Numbered from the stretch's first letter, positions 34,996-48,992 are shown. The stretch: 64,000 nt of DNA from Lama guanicoe (GCA_013239625.1 MU053810.1:2367518-2431517); one strand, 5' to 3'. Notes: generated by a model from the letters alone, not told the origin. Program-made: numbers and translations.

Positions 34996-37900
34996 TACGC
35001 GTTCAGCCTAAGACAGAAATCAAGTAGCATGAACGGGGTCAGGGTCAAAGAATAGGGCAGGGGTGGATGCCTGCTTGCTCCGAAGGGCTCCAGGGGGCGG
35101 GGTTAGACCCGGGACAGCCCCGCCCCTTCTGACGTCAGAACTGCTGTTCTGCTCACCTCTAGCTGGGCTGTCAGACCCTGGGGAGGGGAAACCTGGAACA
35201 GGAGACGAGGGCAGGTGCAGGCGAGCGAGTCTAGGGGAGAGGGAGGGAAGAAGCACGCAGAGGAAAGACGGGAAACAGCGCGACGGAAGAGACAAGGGTA
35301 GCAGCCACAGTGCAGGAGGGAGTTGGAACAGCATCAGAAAGGGCACCGTGATGTGTGGGAGGGAGCTGGGGAGCAGGAACCTCCGAGCGTGCCCAGCAGG
35401 GATTACAGAGGCAAACAAAAGAAAAAAGGGCCCGCTGAACTCCAGGAAGCCTGCCTGGTGCCCTGAACCACAGTGGGGCTGAAGTCACCAGGCCCAGAAA
35501 TGCAGTTCCTAAAAATCAAATGTCTGGAAAAATCACCAGACAGGTACCAAGGGCAAATGCCATGTATGTAGTTGAGAAAAGCTGAATGTGTTTTGCTTTA
35601 AAGGAACAAATCAATTCCACGGGAAGGCTTTGCATAAGGAGAAAATAATTGCTGGGCAGGTTTTTCATGAGTGAAGAAACACAAACCTGTCCTAATGGAA
35701 ACTGAGCAGACCAGCACTTTTCTCTTTCATTTTCATTTGGTCATCATAATCATTTTTCAGTGGACTGTGGGTTCAAGCGCATCAGAAGAGCTTTTCCTGT
35801 TTCAAACACTGCAGCAAAAGATGTCTTGTGGCAAAACTACATCAGAGTCAACCCAGGCTGATGCAAAAGGGAGATGAGACCTCAGGGAAAGATCAGGAAG
35901 GTGGCTTTCCCTTCTGTTTACAGTGACTCATCAAACAAAGAAGTTTGGCGTCTGCTCTTAACCGTTTTACAAATAGGCGAGGTACAAATCGTGCCCATTA
36001 GCAGCAGTAGGTACCAGAGCAAGTAAGTGCTCTTCAGCGTGAGTAATACAAATGAAATTAAATTAATGGCACTGACTACACGGAGATGGCAGGAGGAAAG
36101 AGCCTTCATTATATAAAAAAAGAAACCTGAGCCCCTCCTGCTGCTGCCACAGCAGCTTCGTCCAAAAAAAATAGGTATTAAAGCTCAAAGAAAACAAAAC
36201 AGAGACTTAATACTGTAATACAGTCCCTCTTAAAAATTAAAATGAAAAGGTAAAATATAATGTTAAAGAGCATTTAATGACATTGAAAAGATGTTTCTGA
36301 TATGTTGCTAAGGGAAAAAAGCAGGTTATAAAAACACATGTTTGCTATGATCTCATTTTTGTTGATTTTGTGTAAGTAAATGCATGCAGAACATGTTGGA
36401 CTGGTGTGCACTCAAATGTCCACAGAGCTGGGATTCCACTTGGTTTACATTTTCCTTTCTATCTGTATTTTCCAAATGTACAGATTTTCTACCATAAATA
36501 TTGTTTTAACAAGAAAATTCTTCCATAAAGCATAAAGGGGCTTTGTTTTTGAGACTGCTGTCTAACGTTATTCTGGCTCCACCTTCTCCACCCCAGCCAG
36601 GCTCCACCCAGCTCCACACAACAGCCATTCAAAGTGGCAGCTGGACTTGCCACTCAGACGGTCCCTCATTTGCTCCATTACAGAGAAAGGTGGCACCCAG
36701 AGGAAGTGACGACCAGTTTTCAGGACCGATTTTAGGGTGCGGGCTTTTGCTTTGTTTCGGTCACATTTTAAAGAATGTGCCTGGTAACACCCAAGCTTCT
36801 CATCACACAGCCCCTGTTCCAGCTGCTAACAAGAGCCCAAGGGTGTGAAAATGTCACCAGTTCCCAGAAAGACTGCTAAAACCTGCTGGGCAAGAGCTGA
36901 TAGGGGAGAAATACAGGTCCCACCCTCTCCTGGGGCTCCTGGTGGTCAGGGGATGAAGGAGGGTGGGGCTTCTCAAAGTTCACTAGCAGCCTATGCATAT
37001 AGAATTTCAGCTTCTCTTTCTGCTCCATTTTCCTCAGACCCTATGACACCTACATGGTTTTCATAAAAATTCCAGCAGTATATGAAATAGATTATGCTAT
37101 TTGAAAAATTCTCACGTCTGACCTGTGTAGACCTTTCATTTTGTCTTTTTTTTTTTTTTTACTTTTCAACATTTAAGCTGAAAATGGAAAATTCAATTAT
37201 TTTCCTGTGGCTGCTTGAATTCCCCAGGAAGCTTACAAAAGGCGTCAGAGATTTGGTCCACAGTGGCTTCTATTTCTGGTAATCAGACTGTTGTTTTGTA
37301 ATTCCCATTTGCATCTCTCTAAATTCACATCATTTAATAAAACAGCGAAGCAAAAGATGACTTAAATCTCAAAACTTATGATAAAATTAGTGCACACTTA
37401 TAAAACTTAAAATGTGTCTATGTATAAAAAAGACGTTAGAGATAAGATATACTGAATGTGAAATGTAAAAGCAGATGAAACAGAACGTGCATAATAATCC
37501 CCTTTGAAAAACTGTTTCTATGTCTATACGCATTAAAAGATCTGAAAGGCCGTTTATCAAGGTATTGACAATGGTGGTTGTTGAATGGTGTGTCTTTTTC
37601 TTCTCGCTCTCTCTCACACATAGGCATATTTGATGTCTGTTCTGATTTTTCTATATGCACATGTTGTATAGTATTTTTATTTAATAAAATAAACACAATC
37701 CGTATTGTACCAGCTTGTCACCTACATTATGCCTTACACATAATAGGTACGTAAATATTTTTTTCTAATTGTGTCAGAAAAGAATAGTAGGTAGATTTGT
37801 TGAGTACTTATGTGCCAGGCACTGTACTAAAGGTTTTGTATATATTATCTCATTTAAACCTTACAACAACATTATGAGATTGGTACTATTATTCTACCCT

Positions 37901-38079
37901 TATAAAATGATGATGAAGACAAAGAAAGCTAAAAAAATAAAGTCCCAGAACACTGGACAGTCTACCTGCAGCCTGTGCTCTTAACCACCCCACGAAGGAG
38001 TTGGTTTTATAAATAAAATCAAGGCTTTTGATGTAGTTGGATTAGAATTTGGATTAGAATCCACCATATCTATTCCCAG

Positions 38080-39120
38080 TCCTTGCCCTTGTTCTGAGAA
38101 TTTTTTTTGTCTTCCACTCTTTTCTGAGCATTTTATATGATTCCATTTTTTCTCCTCTGTTAGCATATCAATTACACTTTTTAAAACTTTTTTTAGAGGT
38201 TACCCTTGAATTTGCATCATACACTTACAACTAATCCAAATCCTCTTTCCAATAACATTATACCACTTCACAGGGAGTGCAGACAACTTACAGCAGAGAA
38301 TTCCCATTTCTTCCCCTCTGTCCCTACAACATTGCTGACAATCATTTATTTATCCATAAGCTAAACTCACTGAATACATTGTTGCTGTTATTTCTCTGAA
38401 CAACTGTTATTTGTTAGATCAATTAAGAACAAGAAAAACATTTTATTTTACCTTCCTTTATGCCTTCTCTAACACTTTTTTTTTTATGTAGACCTGACTT
38501 TCTGACATATATCATTTTCCTTCTTTCTACATGGCTTCTTTTAACATTTCTTGCAAGGCAGGTCCACTGGCAACAAATTTCCTCAATCTCTGATTGTCTG
38601 AGAAAGTCCTTCTCCTTTGCTTTTGAAGGATGCCTTCACTGGATACAGAATCCTAGGTTGGTGCGAATTTTAACCATTTAAATGTCTCACTCCCGCTCTC
38701 TTCTTCCTTACATGGTCTCTGAGAATTCCAATGTGACTCTTATCTTTGTCTCTCTATAGGCAAAGCGTTTTTCTCCTGTGGCATCTTTCAAGATTTCTCT
38801 TTGTCTTTGACTTTCTAAAGTTTGAATATAATGTGCTTAGGTGTGGTTTGTTTGTTTGTTTGTTTTGGTTTTGGTTTTGTTTTTGGTATTTATCCTACTT
38901 GGTGTTCTCTGAGCTTCCTGGATCTGCAGTTTGGTGTCTGACACTATTTGGGGAAATTCTCAGTCATTATTGCTTCAAACATTGCTTCTGTTTCATTTTC
39001 TTTTTTTTCTTCTCCTGCTGGTGTTCCCATTATACATAGGTTATACCATTTATAGTTGTCCCAGAGTTCTCGGATATTTAGTTCTGTCTTTCTCTTTTTT
39101 TCTCTCTCTCTTTGATATTC
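38080..39120 (-). mobile_element. Old L1 (L1MC/L1MD-like) internal fragment
   Basis: T-rich plus strand with GGCAACAAATTTCCTCAAT..GTCTGAGAAAG, GGATACAGAATCCTAGGTTGG and CTCTGAGCTTCCTGGATCTG. The minus-strand peptide ELWDNYKWYNLCIMGTP..EAMFEAIMTENFPK is an L1 ORF1 remnant. Confidence 0.8.
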
Positions 39121-39271
39121 ATACAAGTGAAGTGGAGAAATAACAGACAAGCTCAAAATTACTATTTTAGAGGAGATATTTTTTGGCATCTGTATTTTAG
39201 CAGCATACATAAGATTTTTCTGAAGGTTTAAAACAGTCATAAAAATATTGAAAATATACTGTAAAGACAAC

Positions 39272-39728
39272 TGTGGTGGGTTGAATGGTCCCCCCCCCAA
39301 CACCCACAAAAGATATATCTTTATCCTAATCCCCAACACCCGAAAATGTTACCTTATTTGGAAAAAGAGTCTTTACCAGTATAATGGAAGATCATGAGAT
39401 GAGGAAATCATTCTGGATTATCTCGGCGGACCCTAAATCAAATGACAAGTGTCCAAATAAGAGAAAAGCAGAGTGTTGAGAAAGGCAGAGAAGAAGACAG
39501 AGGAGGAGGCGATGTGACCAAAGGGGCCAGTGATGTAGCCACAAACCAAGGAATGCAGACAGCCACCAGCAAGTGGCAGAAGCCAAGAACAGACTCTCCC
39601 CGGAGCCTCCAGAGGGAGACTGTCTCTCCTGACTTCTGCCCTCCAAAGCTGTGAGAGAACACATTTCTACTATTTTAAGCAATCACATTTGGGCAATTTT
39701 CTTAAGGTAGCCCGAGGAAATTAATCCA
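39272..39728 (+). mobile_element. MLT1C-type MaLR solo LTR
   Basis: TGTGGTGGGTTGAATGGTCCCCC..GTTACCTTATTTGGAAAAAG..GCTGTGAGAGAAC; TSD ACAAC/ACAAT. Confidence 0.8.
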
Positions 39729-42700
39729 ACAATTTAAAACTATTTCTAAATGATTCATTCCCCTATGTCACAGCTTCTCACCAGTGGCTGATGCAAAATA
39801 AGTGTAAATCAAGCTACCTTTCTGAAAATTTTTCAGAATTCCAGATGTCATCCCAGAATTGAGGTATTTTGGGTGAAAAGGCCCTTTTGCTTCAGAGTTA
39901 AAAGGAAGCAGTATCTTCTACTAAAATATAAACTCTTTGAGTGATGGGATAGTATGGATAATTCACCTTGCTACCCCATCACAAATGTTGGCCAATTATA
40001 GGCATTCAATATTTGGTGATTAATTAAAAAGATAATAAAAGATCCTGGATCTGGTACCCTCTCAGATTAGTTGATAAGTATTTGGAAAGTAGGATTATCC
40101 AAGGCTAATTTGAAGCACAGATGATCCATTTGCTGATCATTAGAAGTGAACTGTACAATGTAATTAATCTCTTAATGCAATTTGAGTGTCATGATCTGCT
40201 TATATGAAACATCTAAAGGAAATTAAGAAGAGACTGAATAAGAACAAAAAATCTAGAAGTCCAAACTGTTACCGATACAGAAATGTACTCATAGAACATA
40301 GAATAACTATAATCATGCTTATAGAAAAAATAAAATGCCAATTTTATTAGCAAGGAAATAAAGCTAAATAATAGATGTGTCCTTTCTACTAACCAGCTAT
40401 ATTTTACTGTTTGAGGGAAGTGATATCTGAATGCTTCCAAATTCAATTTTCCCCCATCTCTGAGGACTGAGAATATGTACATTTCCAGAAAGGAACTGGG
40501 CATTGCTCTCTGATCATTTTTTTACTTTGTAACTTTCCCTGCTTTATGATTGATGATGCATTTAAGTAATCTCTGTTGATGGAGGAAACTTAAAAACTAC
40601 TTACAATAGAGGGATGCAGTTTTAAAGATGGTCAGTATTTGGTTCGAGAGTATTCACAGGTGTTTTTATGCATATGCCAATTACTCACCTGGGTTCCCAC
40701 CCCTAAGCATTCCTAAATCTGGCATAGCATTAGTTAACACTTCTAGACTGTTCATGATATACCAGGCACTCATCTAAACACATCACATATATTGGTTAAT
40801 TGACTCCTCACAAGAACACTAGTAGTATTATGATTAAACCCATTCTACAGAGGAGGAAAATAAAGACGTGTGGACAGTAAGCCATTTGCCCAAAACCACA
40901 CAACTAATAAATGCAAGGATCTGGACTTAAACCCCAGCCATCTGATGTTGGAGTGTGAATCCTTACCCACTGTTCAAGATTGGAATGAGCTGAAACTTCT
41001 TTCTAGTACCTGGATACCAGGTTAGGAAGTCAGACCCAAGATTTTTCCCATCAGTGAAAGCTCTGATCTTTGGAATATCCTGTCCTATGGCCAGGATAAT
41101 ACCTGAGTTTACTGAGGAGGACTTTTGTTGTTGCTCTTCTGGCACACGTAGGAGAGGCCTGTTCAGCAAGAAAACTATGAACCCAGCGCCTGCTACTGGC
41201 TTTTGCAATCCCATTATGTAATTATTTGACCTTATGCCCAAAACCTTGAACAATAGGTACATTTTTAAAATATTATTGTTTTTAGCTGAAGGCATTCTAT
41301 ACAGTGAGTCATTCTTATCAAAAAACAGAACAAAAAGATCCCATCAAGTTCACGATCATTTTCCCAGCCCCTCCCCTCGTAGGCCCCACCTGCTTTCCCA
41401 GAAAACATTGGATGACAGAGAGCTTCCCTAACTCGTAGAACTGGAAAATTGCACAGGAGAGCTGGAGGCTGTGGGAGGCACTGAAAGAATGACAGTAAAA
41501 TGTCTGTAAAGCCAAGTCTTTAGAATTTCTCTTTTACAGGCTTAGCGGGAGCATTCCTTAGGGAAGAGGATTATTGATTGCTCTTCTCAAAGGAGCCCCC
41601 AAGGTTTTTGTTTCTTTAATGACTTATCCAACAGAGGGTGTCTTATGGGTAACTCATCATCCCCATGTTCTCAAGAAATCTGCTTCTGAAAAGGTGGGTT
41701 CTTCTGGGTAATGTAGTTTTCTAGGCCCTTCATTCATTCATTCCTCCAGTTCAACAAAGGTGTATTTCTTCTTTTTAAACACCAGTCATTGTGATGAGCA
41801 CCAGGGATAAAAAGTTACAGGACAAAATTCCTGACCTCAAGTTGCTCGCCGTCTAAAAACAATAAAACAAATAAAATACATAAACATTCTCAATCCAAGG
41901 GACACATTGCGAGAGCCCCTTAGAGGGACTGCTTTTGAAGGCAACCTTGCCCCAGAGATGGAAAATCTTCACAACTGACTCAGAGTTGGGTGACCAAGGA
42001 TGAGACGTTTGCTGGGCAGTCAAGATGAAACAGGGCATTCTAGACAGAGAGCAGAGCGACCAGATGCCCTGAGGAGGCACTCATGCTCTCAGGAATCAGT
42101 GAGCTGTATATCAGGGAAGAGCACCTTTTCCAAAATTTCACAAAACCATCCTAGGAACCAGAAGCAACCCTGGGAGAGAAGCCAAGAATGGAAGTTGCAG
42201 CCATTTTTTGAGACCATGACAAGCCTCTCCTGAGATCTACCCCTGCACAATTCAGTTCTCTTTTTTGTTTTTTGTTTTTTTTTTCACTTTTCATTTTTCA
42301 TTTTTGTTTTTGTTTTTTGTTTTTGTTTTTTTTTTTGCATCAGCTACTTTGATTTTCAATTTTCGTTTTCACACATTGGCTACCAAAAGGACCCTAACCA
42401 TTACAGAGCAACATGGAAAGACCTGCAAGAGCCACTTTTGGGAAATCAGATAAGAAGCTAATGACATGGGTGAAGAAAGAGAATGGGGTTTGTCACATGA
42501 GGCACCACCATGGGAATGGACTCAACAGGTGATCAACAGCCAGTCTGGCTGGATGAGTCCTGGGGAGACAAATGGGATGTAAGTGAGGAAGGAGAAGGGG
42601 TAATTCAAACTGACTCTGCCTTCCACGGGCCCTGTAGAATTTCATAAATTATTAACTGATAAAATTAGAAATGCCCTATGCCTGGCTCACTCCCTTTTCT

Positions 42701-43329
42701 CTTCCCAAGATGATGGTCAAATTACTCCAAAAATTCACCCGAGAAATGTCAAGTAGATACAGCCAACCTTATGAAAGACAGAGCCTCAGATTTTTTGGAG
42801 AGACATCACTCAGCAAGATTAAAACACAAGGAAGAAAAGCAGATGATAATAAATGAGGAAACAGACCTGGCTCAACTTGAGTGACAGCCAGAAAATTAAC
42901 CCTACTTAGAAGGTTTTTTAAAAACATAAATCTCCAAGTTGTCAGGGTGATGTTCAGCATAATAATCCCAACATATCCAGATACACAACATATTCTAGTA
43001 ATTAGATTGACGATCTGTCACCAGAAAGGACTTTTATTCTCTGAATCTGTTCCACCCATGAACCTGCCAGGCCACTTCAAACAAGAGACAGGTGCTTTCA
43101 ATGACTACCTAAATACTGGATGTCAGCCATTTAATTGCATAACTGCAATTCCCGGAGTTGAAAAACAAACTCATCTTCACTGTTTTTATATCATGCAACC
43201 ATATCCCTCCCTCTCACTATCCCTAAACATGGTGTTATTCTGTTAGCTCTGAGTAAATCAATGTTACCAAAATATGCTATAACCAACTGGAAAAGCTGAT
43301 GCTATTTGATATCAATTATAAGGATTCTG

Positions 43330-43721
43330 TAAATCAAAGATGAATACTGTAAGATATCACTTACATGTAGAATCTAAAAAAAAAAATGAATTAGTGAATA
43401 TTACAGAAAAGAAGCCAGACTCACAGATGTAGAGAAGGCACTAGTGTGACCAGTGGGGACAGGGAAGGGGGAGGGGCAAGATGGAGGTGGAGGAGTAAGA
43501 GGTACAAACTGTCAGGTATAAAATAAGCTACAAGGATGTGCTGTACAACAAGGGGAATGGAGCCAATAATTTGTAAAAACTATAAATGGAGTATAACCTT
43601 TAAAAATTTGTGAGTCACTATATTATACACCTATAACATATTGCACATCAACTCTACTTCAGTTTTCAAAATATGATATTGTAAAATAAATACATAAATC
43701 AATTTTTAAATGGTTTTTAAA
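43330..43721 (+). mobile_element. 5'-truncated L1 with TSD
   Basis: L1 3' UTR (GATATCACTTACATGTAGAATCTAAAAA..GAGGTACAAACT..AAAATAAGCTACAAGGAT). Perfect 16-bp TSD AATTATAAGGATTCTG at 43314-29 and 43722-37. Confidence 0.85.
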
Positions 43722-44362
43722 AATTATAAGGATTCTGGTAAGGATGTTAAAATTTATTTCACAAGGGCTATATCTACACACAGCCAAATTTTTAAAAATC
43801 AGTTGAAATTACACCTATACAAACCCTCCAAAGACTTTGTTTCATTGACTTTATTTTGACACTATTGATGCTGGCAATAGCTCTTTATTTTTGGATCTTG
43901 CTACTCCATTGGCTTCAAGGACCATTCAGTCTCCATCCTATACCAAGATTCTTCTTAACAACTGATTTGAAAAATTAAAAAAAAAAATTTAAACCACTCT
44001 TTGGCGTCACTTGGACCCAATCTCATAACTGAGCATTCTGTAAGTAACATACTTGAGCTCAGCTCTTTAAAAAGCTTAGGATCTTGCTCTAAGTTTTTTC
44101 TTTATAATCCTTTCTTTACTACACGTCTAAGCTTTGCTGCTAAGGAAATGCACAACACCATTTTCCATCAAGTGCAGTTTTTAGGACGTTACTTCATTTT
44201 CTCACATTTTTGGTTAGCAGTTATGACGGATCTCCTCCTTACCAAGTAAAAGCATGACGAGGCTTTTAGATTCCCCTAAAAACAATGACATGTTAAATTT
44301 TGATCTTCAACTTGTGAAAAATGGTTATTTCTCTTCTGGTGAATTTTATCAAATGGCTTTCT

Positions 44363-44530
44363 ACAGCCGTGGCGCCTAGCCCTGGCTACGCATCAGAATC
44401 CCCATGAGGTTGTTTAAACATACAGATGCCCAAGGCCCTGCTGCCAGAAATTCTGAATCTGTAGCTAGGATTTGTATATTTAAAAGCTCCACAGGTAATT
44501 TTGATGGGCAGCCAGCACTGAGAACTGCTA
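44363..44530. mobile_element. MER5A hAT MITE
   Basis: CATCAGAATC..ACAGATGCCCAAGGCCC..AAAAGCTCCACAGGTAATTTTGATG..TGAGAACTGCT. Confidence 0.65.
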
Positions 44531-45079
44531 TTCTGCAATATGTCCAAAAGTTTTTCTTCTCAGGAAGAAATGGAGTCTAAAGATGAAGTAATTTCTAAGT
44601 TTTGAAAGCAGTAATTGAATATTGAAGCATATTTTTATGAAACGACTCAAATGGAGCAGAGGCTGTGTAAGTAAGGTACGGAACACAAGGGATCCAGCCT
44701 TGATCCACTGCAGAGTCCTACATGCTGCTTATCACACCCTTTGCTCACCTCCTCTGCTCACCTCCTCTGAACACAAGTTGCTTCTCTGTCACACAGCTGT
44801 CTGCTGCCTGGACATCCCCACGTCCTTCAGCCTGCATGGAGCCCCTTCTTTGAGATCTTAATAAAACTGACTTAAAACCTAATTACCTCCCCCCACCTAA
44901 GAATTACTTGGAGAATTATTTTGATCATATAAATTGTCTAAAAAAAACAGAATTAATAGAACACTGACTTAAAACCATTTCTTTAACAGGGAAAAACTCA
45001 GAGACCTTTCCCAGATCTTTGGGATTTATTGGGAGGGGGAACAGGATGATAGAACCTTGCATTTTTCCTAGGCTCTTTG

Positions 45080-45420
45080 GTCTTTAACTCCATCTGGGCG
45101 GCTATCACAACAGTGCCATAGACAGTGGCTTAAACAACAGATGCTTATTTCTCCATCCTGGAAGCTGAGAGTTCCAAGATCAAGGCACTTGTAGATTCGA
45201 TGTTTGGTGAGAACTCATTTCCTTGTTCATAGACAGCTGTCTTCCCACTGTGTCCTCATGCAGTGGGAGGGATGAGGGAACTGTCTGGGGTCTTTTCTAT
45301 AAGGGCACTAATCCCATTCAGGAGGGCTCCAACCTCACAACCTGATCACCTCCCAAAGCCCCCACCTCTAAACCCCATCACATTGAGGATTAGACTTTGA
45401 CCTATGAATTTAGGGGGGAT
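45080..45420 (-). mobile_element. MaLR solo LTR (MLT1A/B type)
   Basis: GGCTTAAACAACAGA..CCAAGATCAAGGCAC..TATAAGGGCACTAATCCCATTCA..ATCACCTCCCAAAGCCCC. Confidence 0.8.
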
Positions 45421-47563
45421 TCTGGATCCTTCTGGATCCTTCTGGATTCTCCCCTCTGCTTGGCTTTGCCTCCATGCACGCAGCCCCTTTTCTGAGCCAC
45501 CCATCCCACTGGCTTCAGCTTTGACACCCTTCTTCCCCACAGCACCACCCAAGTTTGTGTTTGATTATTGATAGTTTAGAAAAGTTTCTTTCAACCTCAC
45601 AAACTCCTATTGGCAATGGCAGATAAAAATTTAGGACTGTTGTCAAGGTGAAGAAAATAAACTGTATTAGATTTTTTTTCATATAGATTTGAAAAAAGTC
45701 TTCTACAGAATAGGTTGTGGCTCCATGCACTTCACACTTGTTCCTCCATCTACATTTTTTTCATCAAGTACCTTACACTGTCCTCCAGTTTCCTCTTGTG
45801 AGTCAGCATCTATCCCTGCATCTTTATTTCACGACACCAGGTAATCAATGATGTCGGCAATAAGAGAAAGTCCACGAAAGCCACAGAGAATAAGCCTGCT
45901 CTAGGTAGCACATAAAATTGTTTTGTTTTCTGTAATGTAAGTTTTAAATGTGAATAGATGTGAAGAGCACTTTTCAAATGGTAGCTAGTTTTATTGTGCT
46001 TCTGCAAGTATCACAAAACTGGTAGCTACTTTTATTACTGTTATTATTTTGGTGAGGGAAAGGGGATTCCCTGGGAATTGCATGTTTTGTGATCTCTTCT
46101 TAACCCGCCCACATTCTTGAAGCACATGTGACCAAATATCTGGCATCAACTTGGACAGAATAGAGTGGATTCACCTTCTTTTTTTTTTTTTCAGCTTTTA
46201 AGGTACATATTAAAATATTGAAAATGTTTTCCTTAATAAGTAATGATATCATTGATGAGTGTATACCTAGGGCAATTTGTCTTGCTTCCAAAGAATTTTT
46301 ACTCAGACCACAGAAATTTCTCTACAGATGAGGAACAGAATATTAGGATCAGTAGGTCTGGTGATGCATTTATTGGAAGCACATTTTGCACACTCATTTT
46401 TAACATCAACACTGTAAGACTGAGAGTAAAGTTCTTGGGAATAGAATTCCTATGCTCTTGAAGGTTCCTGAGTCAAGTCATTACCGTAGGTCCTTTAAAA
46501 ACTCTGCACTGATTAACATGCTCCCTGTTCTCTTACAATAAGGATTCTCGATGAGGAAGAAGAATGCTACTGTGCTGTTCCCTCATTACAAACAAATTGT
46601 CCCTCTCTCCTGAGACATTCCCCGTAGTCATTAGCCAGGCCCAGATGGCCAAAGTCTCCCACATCAGATCTTCAGAAATCCTGAGCTAAGGATTTTCCCC
46701 AGAGGATCCGCAGTCATCTATGTAAGTTAGTGTAAAAAGGACGGAGAAATTGCTTTTATCAAAAAAGTCCTCCAACTTGTGGACTGAACCCCTGTGGGTG
46801 TTTATCTGGGAAGAAGAATTTCTCACTTCAAATTTCTCTTTTAGCCTAAGAGTGGTCAGTAGACAATTTTCTATTTTTGCAGAACTGCAGCAAATGCCTT
46901 ATTACTTACTCCCACCGTAATTGGAACAGAAGAGTGGGGCTGAATGATAAAAAGTAAGAGAAGAAAATAACATCGGTATTTTCTGTGATAACAAAGGCTT
47001 TTTCAACAGGTCTGAATGCAACCTGTTTCCGTACTGGGAAAACAGAGCAACCAGGCAAAAATACACAATGACCCCTCCTAAAGAACATTTATTGTTCTTT
47101 TGGACTTCCCAGTATTTGAACCTCCTCCCTGAGTCTGACAGCCTGGAAACTCCGTTGACTGCCAGATACTTGCGTCTCCAGGCTCCCTTGCAGCCAGTGT
47201 GCTGGCAGGTAAATTGGCTTCCTTCCCGGACGTGGACCCAGAGCACAAGAAGCAGAAAGAGTGCAGCATGCTGTCTATGCTTTTTCTGCAGTGTCAGCGG
47301 CAGCTTTGTTTCAGAATTAAGTCCAGTGGCTCAAATAATCTATCAAGTCAGACTCCCCCAGATAAGGATCTGAAGACAAGTAGTTTATTTGAGCCGTGAT
47401 CTCCAGAAGCACTGGTAGGGATGTTGGAGAACAAAAGAAAGCCAAACAGCGTACATTGGTGAACAGGTTTCCCTTGTGGGCACAGAAGGTCCAGTCCTGC
47501 TGGGACCTCCAGGACGTGCAGCAGAACGGGCCTCAGTGTTTCCTTACTGGAGTGTTTATCCTC

Positions 47564-48735
47564 ACTTAGGGACTGAATGTATGTCCCCCTCAAAATTCAA
47601 ATGTTGGAGCACTAACCCCAGTGTGTCAGTGTTTGGAGTAAGGAAGTAATTAGGGATAAATGAGATCATAAGGGTGGGGTTCTGATCCAATCGGATTAGT
47701 GTCCTTCTGAGACATCTGACACATGCAGAACATTTGTTTATTTTTGCTTTTGTTTCCCTTGCCTAAGGAAACATATCTAGAAAGATATTGCTAAGACTGA
47801 TGTCAAACAGCATGCTGTCTGTGTTTTCTTCCAGGAGTTTTATGGTTTCAGGTCTGACACTCAAGTCTTTAATCCATTTAGCGTTAAGCTTTGCTTATGG
47901 GATGAGAGAGTGGTCCAGTTTCACTCTTCTGCGTGTGGCTGTCCAGTTTTGCCATCACCGTCTGTTGAAGAGACTGTCCATTCCCCATGTATGTTATTTG
48001 CTCCTTTATCATAAATTAATTGTCCATCTATGCAAGGGTTTCCTTCTGGGCTCTCTGGGCTTTCAATTCTGTTCCATCAATAGATGTGTTTTTCTGCTAA
48101 TTCCATGCTGTTTTGATTACTCTAGCTTTGTAATATAAGTTTGAAATCAGAGAGTGTGATACCTCCAGCTTTGTTCTTTTTTTTTTTTTTTTTCTCTCAG
48201 GACTGCTTTGGCTATTCCGGGTCTTTTGTGGAACAAACAAAAACAAACATGTAGATACAGAGAACAAAGTCGTGATTACCAGAGGGAAAGAGGTTAGGGG
48301 GTGGTCGGGGAGGGTAAAATGGATAAAGATGATCAACTGTATGGTGAGGAATGGAAATTAAATTTTTGGTGGTGAATATGCTATAGGTATATAGAAGTAA
48401 AAATATACTGTTGTACACATCAAACCTACATAGTGTTATAAACCAATGTTACCTCAATCAAAAGTAAATTAAAAAAAAAATAGAGAGAGACAGCTGAGAG
48501 CTCTCTCTCTCTTTCTCTCCCTCTCTTTGTGTGCTCTCAGAGCAAAGACCATGTGAGGACCCAGCAAGAAGGTGGCTGTCTTCAAGCCAGGAAGAGAACC
48601 TTTACCAAAAACAGAATCAGCCAAAACTTTGATCTTGGACATCCCAGCCTCCAGAAATTTGAGAAAATATATTTCTGTTATTTAAGCCACCCAGTCTGTG
48701 ATATTTCATTATGGTAGCCTGGACTGACTAATACA
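47564..48735 (+). mobile_element. MLT1A-type LTR interrupted by an L1 and lying inside an older LTR16-like element (~47340-48830)
   Basis: 5' half 47564-47708 (GGACTGAATGTATGTCCCCCTCAAAATTCA), 3' half 48498-48735 (CCATGTGAGGAC..GACTAATACA); TSD TCCTC/TCCTT. Confidence 0.75.
47720..48486 (+). mobile_element. 5'-inverted L1 insertion
   Basis: ~47730-48231 is L1 ORF2 on the minus strand (YYKARVIKTAW remnant). 48232-48480 is L1 3'UTR plus poly(A) on the plus strand. TSD GAGACA(T/G)CTGA at 47709-19 and 48487-97. Confidence 0.85.
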
Positions 48736-48959
48736 TCCTTCAATTGTCACTGTCCTATAGTCATTAACACTCCAGTGACATCCCAGGCCACCCCCTTGGG
48801 GTGGGTGAAGCATCAGCAGAGGCAGTCCTTCCATGGAGAATGACATGGATGGAGCAGTGGGTACCAAGGGGCCATGGAGAGGTCACAGACAAAGCCCGCT
48901 GCTGTGGCAATCATGAAACAAACTATGACATTCAATGTTTTGTGGCTGCAGGAGTGGGT

Positions 48960-48992
<33 letters not shown>

